Part shown: positions 27,891 to 38,905 of the stretch, in pieces | Layout of the letters: each line of letters opens with the position of its first letter | How positions within the stretch are numbered: position 1 is the first letter of the stretch | DNA from: Octopus bimaculoides | Lineage: Eukaryota | Direction of reading: 5' to 3' | Assembly (NCBI RefSeq): GCF_001194135.2 | Contig: NC_068987.1 | Span: 102,814,171 to 102,878,170, forward strand | Length of the DNA stretch: 64,000 nt | Program-made: the position numbers and the translations under genes | Notes under the pieces: model-generated | Told to the model about the DNA's origin: nothing | Seen by the model: only the letters and a program-made list of their open reading frames with translations | The model's database searches: none

Positions 27891-28309
27891 NNNNNNNNNN
27901 NNNNNNNNNNNNNNNNNNNNNNNNNNNNNNNNNNNNNNNNNNNNNNNNNNNNNNNNNNNNNNNNNNNNNNNNNNNNNNNNNNNNNNNNNNNNNNNNNNNN
28001 NNNNNNNNNNNNNNNNNNNNNNNNNNNNNNNNNNNNNNNNNNNNNNNNNNNNNNNNNNNNNNNNNNNNNNNNNNNNNNNNNNNNNNNNNNNNNNNNNNNN
28101 NNNNNNNNNNNNNNNNNNNNNNNNNNNNNNNNNNNNNNNNNNNNNNNNNNNNNNNNNNNNNNNNNNNNNNNNNNNNNNNNNNNNNNNNNNNNNNNNNNNN
28201 NNNNNNNNNNNNNNNNNNNNNNNNNNNNNNNNNNNNNNNNNNNNNNNNNNNNNNNNNNNNNNNNNNNNNNNNNNNNNNNNNNNNNNNNNNNNNNNNNNNN
28301 NNNNNNNNN

Positions 28310-28355
<46 letters not shown>

Positions 28356-28384
28356 TAGCACACATACACACACACACACATATA

Positions 28385-28421
<37 letters not shown>

Positions 28422-29284
28422 GAATTTTATGTTTACATACACACAGCTGTATGTGTGTGCACACACAAACTCACACGGATACGCCTGTTCGTATGCCTGC
28501 TTTGGTGTTTTAGGAAGAATATGGGCTGAAGTATCGTTAATTTATTATTGGTGGTAATGAGATTAACTCCACGGAACGCGTGTTTTTCTGGGCGAGTGTG
28601 CGCGTATATATGAGCGTATGTGTATGTTTAGTCGTTCTATAATTGGAGGAAACGAGTAAAAGGGGTGGCAGAATCAATATTAATATCGTGAGGTTTCTCT
28701 GAAGGATTATGTTGTTATCGGCGTTATTTTTCATGAAGATGGTGGTCCTAGTAGTTGTAAATATAATAACCCTTAAATGTGTATGAAGTAGTTGTAGGAG
28801 TGGTTACAGTTGGGGTTCCAAACTGCAAAAGTTTCCCTTCAACAAAGCAAAACGCAGCAGAGTGTTGGAAGGGGTGAAAAGAAGGAGGAACGGGTAGGGG
28901 TAGAAGAAATAAAGAGAAACAGTGATATAGCAGGAAAGTAAGCGGGAGTAAGAGAAAAATACTGACTGTTCTATTGTTTAGGTTGTAACTATGAATTTTC
29001 GTGCATACGTGCTGGTGTATATGTGCGTATATACTTGTCCGGGTAGGTTTTGTTAAGGTTTATGACATATTTTTGCGTTTGTTTATGCTATAGGACGTGT
29101 GAATATGTGTATGGGTACTAGTTTATTTAGGTATAGGTGTGTGTGCGTGTGTGTATGTGTGTTTGTGTATCTGCGTGTGTTGAGTGTGTGTGCGTGTGTA
29201 TGTGAGCACGTATTTGCGTTTATGTGGGAGTTTATTGGTGCATACAAGTAGATACACAGATATATGTATGTATACAGACACAGG

Positions 29285-29420
<136 letters not shown>

Positions 29421-29557
29421 CGTGTGTGCATGTGTGTGTGTATATGCATATATATATATACATACACACACACACACAATCACACAGGTACATGCATACA
29501 AGCATATGCAAAGACAGAAGAGAGTAGGTAGGTCAAAGCGAGCGATAGAGGGGAAAT

Positions 29558-29638
<81 letters not shown>
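29558..29638. repeat. (AGAT)n microsatellite
   Basis: About 20 perfect AGAT units. Confidence 0.97.
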
Positions 29639-29639
<1 letters not shown>

Positions 29640-30128
29640 TGAAAGGATGTAGGGATACAGTGTAGGAGAGATGTTTGCATGGATAGAAGTTGATTCAAAC
29701 AATACAATTACAGAATGGATTCTAAGATATTTATGCAGTAAACAGATTAGAAAGTGAGGAGGTGTGGAAATACAGAGAAGGAAACTCAGAAAGGATGATG
29801 ACAGAATATTTACGATGAATCAGAGAGATGAGAGACAAATGAAAGGCATAAGTAAAGGACAGAGATGAAAGTCAGATATCTCGATTACAAGAAGTGAGAT
29901 AATGATAGATATAATATATGTTTGTATATATGTTTGTATACGTGTATGCACACACACAGACACACGGACACACAGACACACAAACACACACATATACACA
30001 CACCTTTAGAAAGATAGGTGGACATAATAGACGTACATAAATACGCAGATGCATAAATATGTGTGTGTATGTATAATATACAGATACACATACATATATA
30101 TATAGATATATATGTGCGTGTGTGTGTG

Positions 30129-30170
<42 letters not shown>

Positions 30171-30370
30171 NNNNNNNNNNNNNNNNNNNNNNNNNNNNNN
30201 NNNNNNNNNNNNNNNNNNNNNNNNNNNNNNNNNNNNNNNNNNNNNNNNNNNNNNNNNNNNNNNNNNNNNNNNNNNNNNNNNNNNNNNNNNNNNNNNNNNN
30301 NNNNNNNNNNNNNNNNNNNNNNNNNNNNNNNNNNNNNNNNNNNNNNNNNNNNNNNNNNNNNNNNNNNNNN

Positions 30371-30413
<43 letters not shown>

Positions 30414-31889
30414 TATTTACATATGCATAAATAAATATATATATGCATATATATATATATTTACATATGCATAAATACATATATATATACATACATATAA
30501 CTCTTGTGTGTGTGTGTGTGTGTGTGTGTGTATAAGTAGGTAGAGAGCTAGAGATAACGGAAGAAAAGTAAAAGAAGTTAGAAATACTTAAAGAAAATAC
30601 AGAGATTGAAATAATAAGATGAGGAGAGGTGAACGAATTGCAGCAATATGGAGGGGAGAAAGCCAAATGAGAAACTAACGAAATAAACAAATAAGAAATA
30701 AAAAAAAACGAAGACTTGTGGAGAGAGAGAGAGGAAACGAAGCTGTGTGTCTGTGTGTGTGTGTGTGTGTGTATGTGAGTGTGAGTGTGTATGTGTGTGT
30801 GTCTGAGAGAGAAGGAGAGAGAAGTAAAAATTATGTGTGCGTGAGTATATGTGAAAGGAATGGAGAAAAGAAAAGAGAAAGAATGAGTAAATGATTATAA
30901 AGATGTCAAGGATTTCCAAGAGTTTTATATTTTTTTTTTCTCTTCGAGAAGATTGTTGTAATCCTGAAAGATTCCTCAAATTCCTTTTGTTAGCTGCACA
31001 AATGGCAGACATGATGTGAAGAATGCACTGAATGTACTTCGCGACCTTTATCAATGCGCTTGCATCATAGAACAAAGCTAAATGCTTGTAAAATCGTTGC
31101 AACATGAACATAAACAAAATCATTTACAAAGCTAACCGCACACGTACCTACACAGTCATATTTGTTATGGGAACGCAAATATTTAAACAAATTTAAACGC
31201 TTACAATCACTCAGTTTCATACGCACACACACACACATACACACACAGACAAACTGATACACACACATTCGCACTCTCACATGCTTTCAAACACAAATAT
31301 ATATGCATGTGTGAATATGTTTGTTTATGCATGTATATTCGTATGTACGTTTAAACTCGCTTAAATGTTTCCGTTTTCGTGCTAATTTATATTTAGTGAA
31401 GCGCGTGTACGTGCATACGAGAGGTTTTTCACATGTAAAATCATGCACACGTGCACATACGCAAGTACACCCATATACATACACGCATATATATGTGTGT
31501 GTGTAACGTGCATATGTATGTTTACACCGACACATGTAAGCATCTTTGCACACACATAGATATTTGTATGTGTACATCAGAAATATATGTACTTTGAATT
31601 AAAACATTTATCCATCTTCCTAATGCATTTCTTACGGTAAGTTAGGGACAGTTAATGCTACGAAATCCATCAACGCTTCCTGACCTTTAAGCCTTTCTTT
31701 TCTGTTTGAAGTAATTAATTTTGACATATGAATATGTAGTAAATTGGCGCAATGCTATTGGTTATTTGTTAATAGAGAACTTATCACCGGGTTATATATT
31801 TCTGCCCAATGGCCGTTGCATTTATTTTGTAAATAGTGTACGCTAAATAAGCGTTGTTATTAGTATCGCATCCATTGAGTATCTTTGAA

Positions 31890-32090
31890 AGGAGAATCGC
31901 AAGAGCTTCGCGAACAGCTTGCAGTATTTGTTCCGGCTTTTTACATTATGAGTTCAAATAACGCCGAGGTCAATTTGGCCTTTGATCTCTTCGCAGTCGT
32001 TAAATTACCGGTCAAGTGCCGAGTTCGATGTTCTCCAGAAACACCACTTCTCTTAAATATTGCAAGCTTTCTACCTAAAATCAAAGCTGC
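31890..32090 (+). mobile_element. SINE family D, degenerate copy
   Basis: GAGTTCAAATAACGCCGAGGTCAATTTGGCCTTTGATCTCTTCGCAGTCG is homologous to the cores at 38200-38775 and 32255-32440. Confidence 0.7.
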
Positions 32091-32254
32091 GTAGGCTTCT
32101 GCGGATATCTGCAAATACATATGATGTTTAATAATATTTCTCAATAAGATATATGTTCTATGAATTTTTGCCCTTCAGCTTCTCTTTCTAAATTCTAAAC
32201 TTCTATTAAAAATACTTACAACGGATTGAAATTTACTCTAAAATACTTCCAAAT

Positions 32255-32440
32255 TTTGGCGAGACACCTTGGATATGGAAGGAAGGGGAAGTCTATTTCA
32301 TCGACCCCATTGTTTAAATAGTACTTATTGTATCCACTCCGAAAAGATAAATGGCAAAGCCAACCTCGGCGGCATTTGAATTCAGAATGGAAGGAGCCGG
32401 AATAAATACTGTCAAGCAATGATTCTGACAGCTCACCACC
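32255..32440 (-). mobile_element. SINE family D
   Basis: The reverse complement contains TTCTGAATTCAAATGCCGCCGAGGTTGGCTTTGCCATTTATCTTTTCGGAGTGGATACAATAAGTAC, nearly the same as 38270-38330. Confidence 0.75.
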
Positions 32441-32449
32441 TTAATCCTA

Positions 32450-32546
32450 CGTTCTAAGCGTGGAGTGTTGTCACAAAATATGCATGTAACATAAAATTTT
32501 CCACATGGAATACTAATTCCTTGACTTCTTTTATTTGCAACTCTCT
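32450..32546. repeat. Unclassified ~100-bp dispersed repeat, copy 1
   Basis: About 90% identical to 35450-35548 in the same orientation. Confidence 0.85.
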
Positions 32547-32577
32547 TGAAGAGTAAAGTACACCATTTCCTTCTCTT

Positions 32578-32609
<32 letters not shown>

Positions 32610-32817
32610 TGAAAACGTAAAAATAAAAACAAAATACAAAGGATTCTGCAGTACTATATATATATATATATACCGTTAGTACCAGACATTAATTAAAAAT
32701 TCCATGGTAGTTTCCCTAAATATGTTGCTGTTAGTAGTCATTTATCAGTAAAGGTAATTTTAAATATATATTTCTTATTGCGCATACTGACATTTTCATA
32801 TGTAATATGATCTTACC

Positions 32818-33200
32818 GTGGAGGCGCAATGTCTTAGTGGTGAGGGCAGCTGACTCGCGGTCGTAGGATTGGGGTTTCGATTCCCAGACCGAATGTTGTG
32901 AGTATTTAATGAACGAAAACACCTAAACCTCCGCGAGGCTCCGGCAAGGGCTGGTGGCGAACCCTGCTGTACTCTTTCACCACAACTTTCTCTCATTCTT
33001 TCTTCCTGTTTCTGTGGTACCTGCATTTCAAAGGGCTAGCCTTTTCACACTGTGCTTCACGCTGAATATCCCCGAGAACTACGCCAAGGGTACACGTGTC
33101 TGAGGACTACTCAGCCACTTGCACGTTAATTTCACGAGCAGGCTTTTCCGTTGATCGGATCAACTGGAACCCTCGACGTCGTTACCGAGGGAGTGCTACA
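32818..33200 (+). mobile_element. Apparently full-length tRNA-derived SINE, family C (~380 bp)
   Basis: A-box-like TGTCTTAGTGG (32830-32840), B-box-like GGTTTCGATTCCC (32873-32885), a long GC-richer body, and 3' end GGAACCCTCGACGTCGTTACCGAGGGAGTGCTACA. Confidence 0.8.
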
Positions 33201-33959
33201 TCATGATGTTACCTAAAACATAGCAATCTTCAATAAAATACTCACATGCACACAAATATATATGTGTACTTGCGTGTGAGTATCTGCGTATAAAAGCGAT
33301 GCCTTTTGTTTCGAGAATTCTATATTCCTGTGTTGTGTTGAGTCTAGGTCAAACAGAAGCATCTTTAAATGATGGATCAGAAAATTGATGGAATTTGTCG
33401 TACTTTTATTGTAGCCTTTTACATAGATAATGTTGTATGTTAACGAGATAAATCCAAATAAAAGTTGAAATTTTCAGGGGAAACACAAAGAAAGATCATA
33501 ATCATTTGGAGACAAATATTTACAATGTATTTAATTCCGGGGTTTACTAGCAAGATATGGTGAAGATATGTTTATTATTATTTTGGGAGGTGGGGCTTGA
33601 TTTGAAAACATTTAGGCTTAGAACAGTCAACCTTAGAAGTTACCGTCCAAACGGGTGTGCCAAACTCCGGTCACAGCCTTCTTTGTGTAGAAGATTTTGT
33701 TTCACGGTTCACAAAAGGATGTCTCTAGATAAATTAAATTATCAAACAACTTAACGGAGATTCGGAGTGATGTGTTTACTGTTATTAGATTTCTATGAAG
33801 AAATTTTAAACTTGCTACATTGTGAAGATTGGGATTGATTGGACAATATATATATATATATATAAAAGATAATAAGAGTGAAAAAAACTACAGAAGGCTT
33901 GTGTTACATGGTTAAAGTATATATTTAAATTATGTCAGAAAAATGTTATAAAAATTTTT

Positions 33960-34700
33960 TTGGTATATAAACATTGTATTTGGAGAAATAACCGGTTTCG
34001 TGTTGTCTTTTCAAATTTCTCTACTTCATTGTAACATGTGTTCGCTCCCGTCTGAAAAGAAGAGTTCTAGATAGGGGGAGGTAATTAGGGATTTCTTCCG
34101 GTATAAGGGAGATAATCGAAATGGAGGTGGTAGATTTTGATTAATTTACCATGGTTTTGTTCTATATTTTTTTCCCTCTCAGTGGGGTGATGAATTTTTT
34201 TTATTTAAATGTGTTAGCAATGGTTAAGTTTGGGTTTGTATTTTTGAATGAAGAAGGTTTCCTTATTCAGTCTAATTTGTGTTGGTCATCTAATGGCACA
34301 TTTATAGAATGGAAAGATTATAAATTGTGGTAGCATTTGTTTTGCGCATTTCTCAATATGCTCACTAAAAGGTATCATTCGGTATTCTAGGCATGCAATC
34401 TGCTGTCGATGCAGAGTGCATCTACGTCTGAGCGATAATCCTGTGGACCCTATGTAGTTTTCGTGGCAGCCTGAGCATCTTATTACATAAATAAGGTTTC
34501 CTGAGGCACAAGTAAATTCAGATTTAAGTTTGAATTTTTGTCTCTCTTTGAAGAGGAATTCTGAACCTTCTAGAATGTTTGGGCATATTGCGCAATTTGG
34601 TCGACCACATTTTTTTACTGTTGCATCTGTTATTTTGGAAGAAAATTTGGGCTTTGTATTGTAGAAAACAATTTTTGATATGTTTGTGTGTATGTATCTA
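33960..34700 (-). mobile_element. Penelope-like element (Neptune type), 5'-truncated: Cys linker, GIY-YIG endonuclease and 3' pLTR
   Basis: ORF 34286-34705 reads KKCGRPNCAICP (C-x4-C-x2-C linker) ... NLIYVIRCSGCHENYIGSTGLSLRRRCTLH ... SEHIEKC (GIY-YIG with CCHH). After a frameshift near 34290 it continues PTQIRLNKETFFIQKYKPKLNHC-stop (34214). Confidence 0.9.
33983..34021 (-). ncRNA. Minimal type I hammerhead ribozyme with U3/A8 core variant
   Basis: Minus strand reads GAGAAAU-UUGAAAA-G[ACAACA]C-GAAAC-CG-GUU-AUUUCUC: perfect 7-bp stem I, 1-bp stem II, palindromic ACCGGU stem III and a GUU cleavage triplet. It lies about 190 nt 3' of the PLE stop codon. Confidence 0.6.
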
Positions 34701-35449
34701 TGCATGTATGGTTAATTCTTTGTTCTGAGCTCAAATACAATCAGTGCTTGTCATTTACATTCCTTCCGACGTGATAATTGGAAGCAAGTTACAGAAATAG
34801 AAATCAATGCAGCCCCAAGCGCAAGAGAAATGGATCAATTTTAGGAAGTTGAATATATCAACGGGAGTAAAACGGTAATCACATGATGTACAACATCAGA
34901 ACAAACCTGGGAAATATTAACATCACAGGAAGTCACCAAGATACAGTAAAATACAAATACGAAAACAAACTCGTTATCAGCTTGGGGCCATATGTTTGTT
35001 TCGTTCAACAAGAAAAGAGAAAAGAAAGTATACGGGTTTACTGCCTTTCATAAAGCCGGATTCCTTGGTATATAAGGAAGTTTGAATTTCCGTCAGCAAT
35101 GTTTCATTTATTTTTTCTTCTTTATATTCTTTAACATCTTTTAATATTTCTCCAGCATTTCTCATTATTTATTTCTTTTGTTTTGAATTTATGTGCTTTC
35201 AGGGTTTATGTATTTCATATTTTTTATTTGTATGCTCTGCGTTTTTACTATTGATATTTATATTTTCCATTTAATGCATTTTTTCCCATTTTTTTTTTGT
35301 GTTATTTATATTTACATTAAAAGCGTCCTATTTCTGTGTGTGATGTCATTGTGGTTTTAAATGTTTCACTTGGTATTAACTCCAACGTACTTCTAGAGAA
35401 GGGTTATTCTATCATCAGATATTATTATATGCATATGTTTTGGTAGTCA

Positions 35450-35548
35450 CGTTCTAAGCATGGAGTGTTGTCACAAAATATGCATGTAACTTATAAAATT
35501 TTCCACATGGAATATTAATTCCTTGACTCCTTTTATTTGCAGCTCTCT
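35450..35548. repeat. Unclassified ~100-bp dispersed repeat, copy 2
   Basis: Homologous to 32450-32546. Confidence 0.85.
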
Positions 35549-35550
35549 GT

Positions 35551-35590
<40 letters not shown>

Positions 35591-36062
35591 TTTTAACTTT
35601 TAAATTTTCATATTCAAAAGAGACAGAGACTTCAAACTCGATATATGCTATATTGGTANNNNNNNNNNNNNNNNNNNNNNNNNNNNNNNNNNNNNNNNNN
35701 NNNNNNNNNNNNNNNNNNNNNNNNNNNNNNNNNNNNNNNNNNNNNNNNNNNNNNNNNNNNNNNNNNNNNNNNNNNNNNNNNNNNNNNNNNNNNNNNNNNN
35801 NNNNNNNNNNNNNNNNNNNNNNNNNNNNNNNNNNNNNNNNNNNNNNNNNNNNNNNNNNNNNNNNNNNNNNNNNNNNNNNNNNNNNNNNNNNNNNNNNNNN
35901 NNNNNNNNNNNNNNNNNNNNNNNNNNNNNNNNNNNNNNNNNNNNNNNNNNNNNNNNNNNNNNNNNNNNNNNNNNNNNNNNNNNNNNNNNNNNNNNNNNNN
36001 NNNNNNNNNNNNNNNNNNNNNNNNNNNNNNNNNNNNNNNNNNNNNNNNNNNNNNNNNNNNNN

Positions 36063-36112
<50 letters not shown>

Positions 36113-36115
<3 letters not shown>

Positions 36116-36281
36116 TACGACGGGCTTCTCTCAGTTTTCGTCTACCAAATTCACTCACAAGGCTTTGGTCGGCCCTAGACTACAGTAGAAGACACTTGCC
36201 CAACGTGCCACGCAGTGGGACTGAACCCGGAACCATGTGGTTCGTAATCAAGCTATTTACCATACAGCCACTCCTGTGCCT
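36113..36281 (-). mobile_element. SINE family A, full-length
   Basis: Reverse complement AGGCACAGGAGTGGCTGTATGGTAAATAGC (A box) ... CCGGGTTCAGTCCC (B box) ... GAAGCCCGTCGTATAT tail. Confidence 0.9.
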
Positions 36282-36539
36282 ATATATAATGCAATCATCA
36301 TTTTTATCGAGTACCAGGTTATTCAAATTTAGCAAAATATATTCCACAAGCTCCACTTATCACAAGTATCTATTTCGAAATAAACAACATTCCTACATGT
36401 AACCTTCAGTGTTTTCTTTCTTTTTTTTTTTNNNNNNNNNNTTTTTTTTTTTTTTGTTATGTTGTTTTATTTAAGGTTTACTTCAGCTCAGAAGGGTGTC
36501 TACACCTTATTGAGAATTGAGCTTACGATTATAAATTCG

Positions 36540-36770
36540 GTGTTTGCATTGCAAGGCCGGGTGGCACGGTGTGTTCTCCTGTATAACATTATATTTCAAA
36601 TTGCTTCAGTCCCTCAAACTGCAAATGTGTACTAGTAAACTCTGGTAGACTGGGTTAAATTTTCTATGGTCAGGCGTCCTGTACAGTTGTAGGGATTGTT
36701 GCAATTTTGATCACCATGGCAACTGAGACAGACTCAAGTCTAATGAGTCTTTGGGCTCGTGACAGACGTA
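36540..36770 (+). mobile_element. Degenerate SINE body (family B-like 3' part)
   Basis: ATGGTCAGGCGTCCTGTACAG...CTAATGAGTCTTTGGGCTCGTGACAGAC resembles conserved 3' domains of metazoan SINEs (from memory); by-eye alignment only. Confidence 0.4.
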
Positions 36771-36778
36771 AGATTTTA

Positions 36779-37006
36779 TTGGGCTGTCCGGAAAGTTCGT
36801 GCCGATTCATAGTACCTTAGCTTTCGACTTATTTGCCATGAAACCACCTCAATTCTGGGAAGAGGGTATTTTCAAGTTAAAGGAAAGATGGAGACGCACT
36901 GTGCAACAAAATGGTTCATATTTGGTTGATTAAAAATGTAATGGCAAGTATTTATTGACCTTTTTCTTTCTTTTAAAAATCAGCACGAACTTTCCGGACA
37001 ACCCAA
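36779..37006 (+). mobile_element. Internally deleted mariner (MITE), 228 bp
   Basis: 29-bp TIRs with 2 mismatches (TTGGGCTGTCCGGAAAGTTCGTGCCGATT / AATCAGCACGAACTTTCCGGACAACCCAA) and TA on both sides. The interior encodes the transposase C-terminus KPPQFWEEGIFKLKERWRRTVQQNGSYLVD-stop. Confidence 0.92.
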
Positions 37007-37241
37007 TAATTTATTAAATGTTATTTTTTTTTCCTGACTGCGTAGCGTGGTAGAGTACCGAGTATTAGAACAAAAGTTAGACTCACTGTATAATAGATAA
37101 AGAACTATGCACACAAACAGCGTTAATGCATGGACTGCTCGTTAGTTAATGCATTAACTCTAGAACATTTTTGTCAATTGTTTTCAGTTTCCTTCGTTTT
37201 TAGTTTCATCCGATGATGAGAGATATTGTGGCACTGATATA

Positions 37242-37452
37242 CAGGATGTCCACAAAGTCTGGCTACATGCGGATTAACACATACTTTAAGAAATTATTAT
37301 TTTTTATATTTAATTGCTTAGGTTATGATCTTATTTACTCCATGTACCAACATGGGATTAACACATACTTTAAGAAATTATTATTTCTTATATTTAATTG
37401 TTTATGTTATAATTTTATATACTCCATGTACCCAGACTTTGTGGACACCCTG
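37242..37452. mobile_element. Tc1/mariner-type MITE with an internal 85-bp tandem duplication
   Basis: 28-bp TIRs CAGG(A/G)TGTCCACAAAGTCTGG(C/G)TACATG, TA flanks at 37240-41 and 37453-54, and internal units starting at 37266 and 37351. Confidence 0.9.
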
Positions 37453-37490
37453 TATATTGATATATCTGCCCGGCTTCATTTATGCGACAC

Positions 37491-38012
37491 TTTTTCTTCT
37501 ACTTCTTCTTCTACTTCTTCTTCCTCTTCTCCTCATCCTTCTTCTTCTTCTTCTTCTTCTTCTTCTTCTTCTTCTTCTTCTCCTCCTCCTTCTTCTTCTT
37601 CTTTTTCTCCTTCTTCTTCTTCTTTTTCTCCTCCTACTCCTTCTTCTCCTTCTTCTTTTTCTCCTTCTTCTTCTTCTTCTTCTTCTTCTTCTTCTCCTTC
37701 TTCTCCTTCTTCTCCTCCTCCTTCTTCTTCTTCTACTTCTTCTTCTTCTTCTTTTATTCTTCTCCTTCTTCTCCTTCTTCTTCTTACTTCTCCCCCTCCC
37801 CCTCCCCCTCCTTCTTCTTTCCTTCTTCTTCTTCTTCTCCTTCTTCTTCTTACTTCTCCTCCTCCTTCCCCTCCTTCTTCTTTCCTTCTTCTTCTTCTTC
37901 TTCTTCTTCTTTCCTACTTCTTCTTCTTCTCCTTCTTCTCCTTCTTCTTCTTGCTTCTCCTCCTCCTCCTCCCCTCCTTCTTCTTTCCTTCTTCTTCTTC
38001 TTCTTCTTCTTC

Positions 38013-38013
<1 letters not shown>
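37491..38013 (+). repeat. ~520-bp polypyrimidine (CTT/CCT)n tract
   Basis: Almost only C and T on the plus strand, followed by (ATT)n to about 38046. Confidence 0.95.
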
Positions 38014-38046
<33 letters not shown>

Positions 38047-38199
38047 CATAATTGTTACTTCTCTTTCAGTCCACGCCACATTGTTATGTCATCAAAGTAA
38101 AGAACCGATAAAGCACTGAATTGTAATTTGCCGACATTTCCCCTACCTTCCTCCCTTCGCCTCTTTCAGGAACATCAATGATATTTATCATGCTGAAGA

Positions 38200-38775
38200 T
38201 GCCAAGCTGGCACAATCGTTAAGCACACCGAGGGAAATGCTTAGCGGCATTTTGTCGATCTTCAGGAATTGAAATTCCAGTGAGGTCCACTTTGCCTTTC
38301 ATCTTTTCGGAGTCGATACAATAAGTACCAGCTGTGTACTAGGGTTAATGTGATCGACTCAACCCCGCTCCCGATATTGCTGGCCTTGTATTTAAAGTCA
38401 ATATTACTGGCCCTGTGTAAATTAGAAAGGATTATTATAAGAATGATATATTAGCAGAGACGCCAGAACAGACTTTGCCTCTTATCCTTTGGAGGCCGAT
38501 AAAATAAGTGCCAATTAAACACTGGCTTCGGTGCAATCGACTAGCCCCTCCCCTCAAATTTCAGGCCTTGTGACTATAGTAGAAATTATTATTAAAGACG
38601 CTGAGCTTGCAGAATCGTTAGGACACGGGACAAAATCCGACGAGGTCAACTTTGCCATTCATCCTCTCGTTGTCGATAAATTAAGTACCAGTGAAACATT
38701 CGGACCAATGTAATCGATTAGTCTCTCCCCACAAATTTGAGGCCTTGTGCCTCCAGTACAAAAGATTATTATTGT
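38200..38775 (+). mobile_element. Three head-to-tail SINE family D copies
   Basis: Units at about 38200-38440, 38455-38593 and 38595-38775. Each has ACTTTGCC.....ATC...GATA.A.TAAGT.CCA and ends in an ATTATT tail. Confidence 0.8.
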
Positions 38776-38864
38776 CTGTTGTCCCCCTCATCTTCCGCCC
38801 ACGTGACAAATAAATGAAATGATTATCATTATTATTATTATTATCATTATTATGATTATTATTA

Positions 38865-38905
<41 letters not shown>

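Noticed and set aside
32818-32890. tRNA gene (also 23301, 36200-36281 and 50089)
   Set aside because: A and B boxes are present, but no full cloverleaf or acceptor stem, and each continues into a repeated SINE body or is truncated.
37213-38119. Overlapping 189-295-aa poly-S/L/F/R ORFs
   Set aside because: Artefacts of the CTT/CCT tract.
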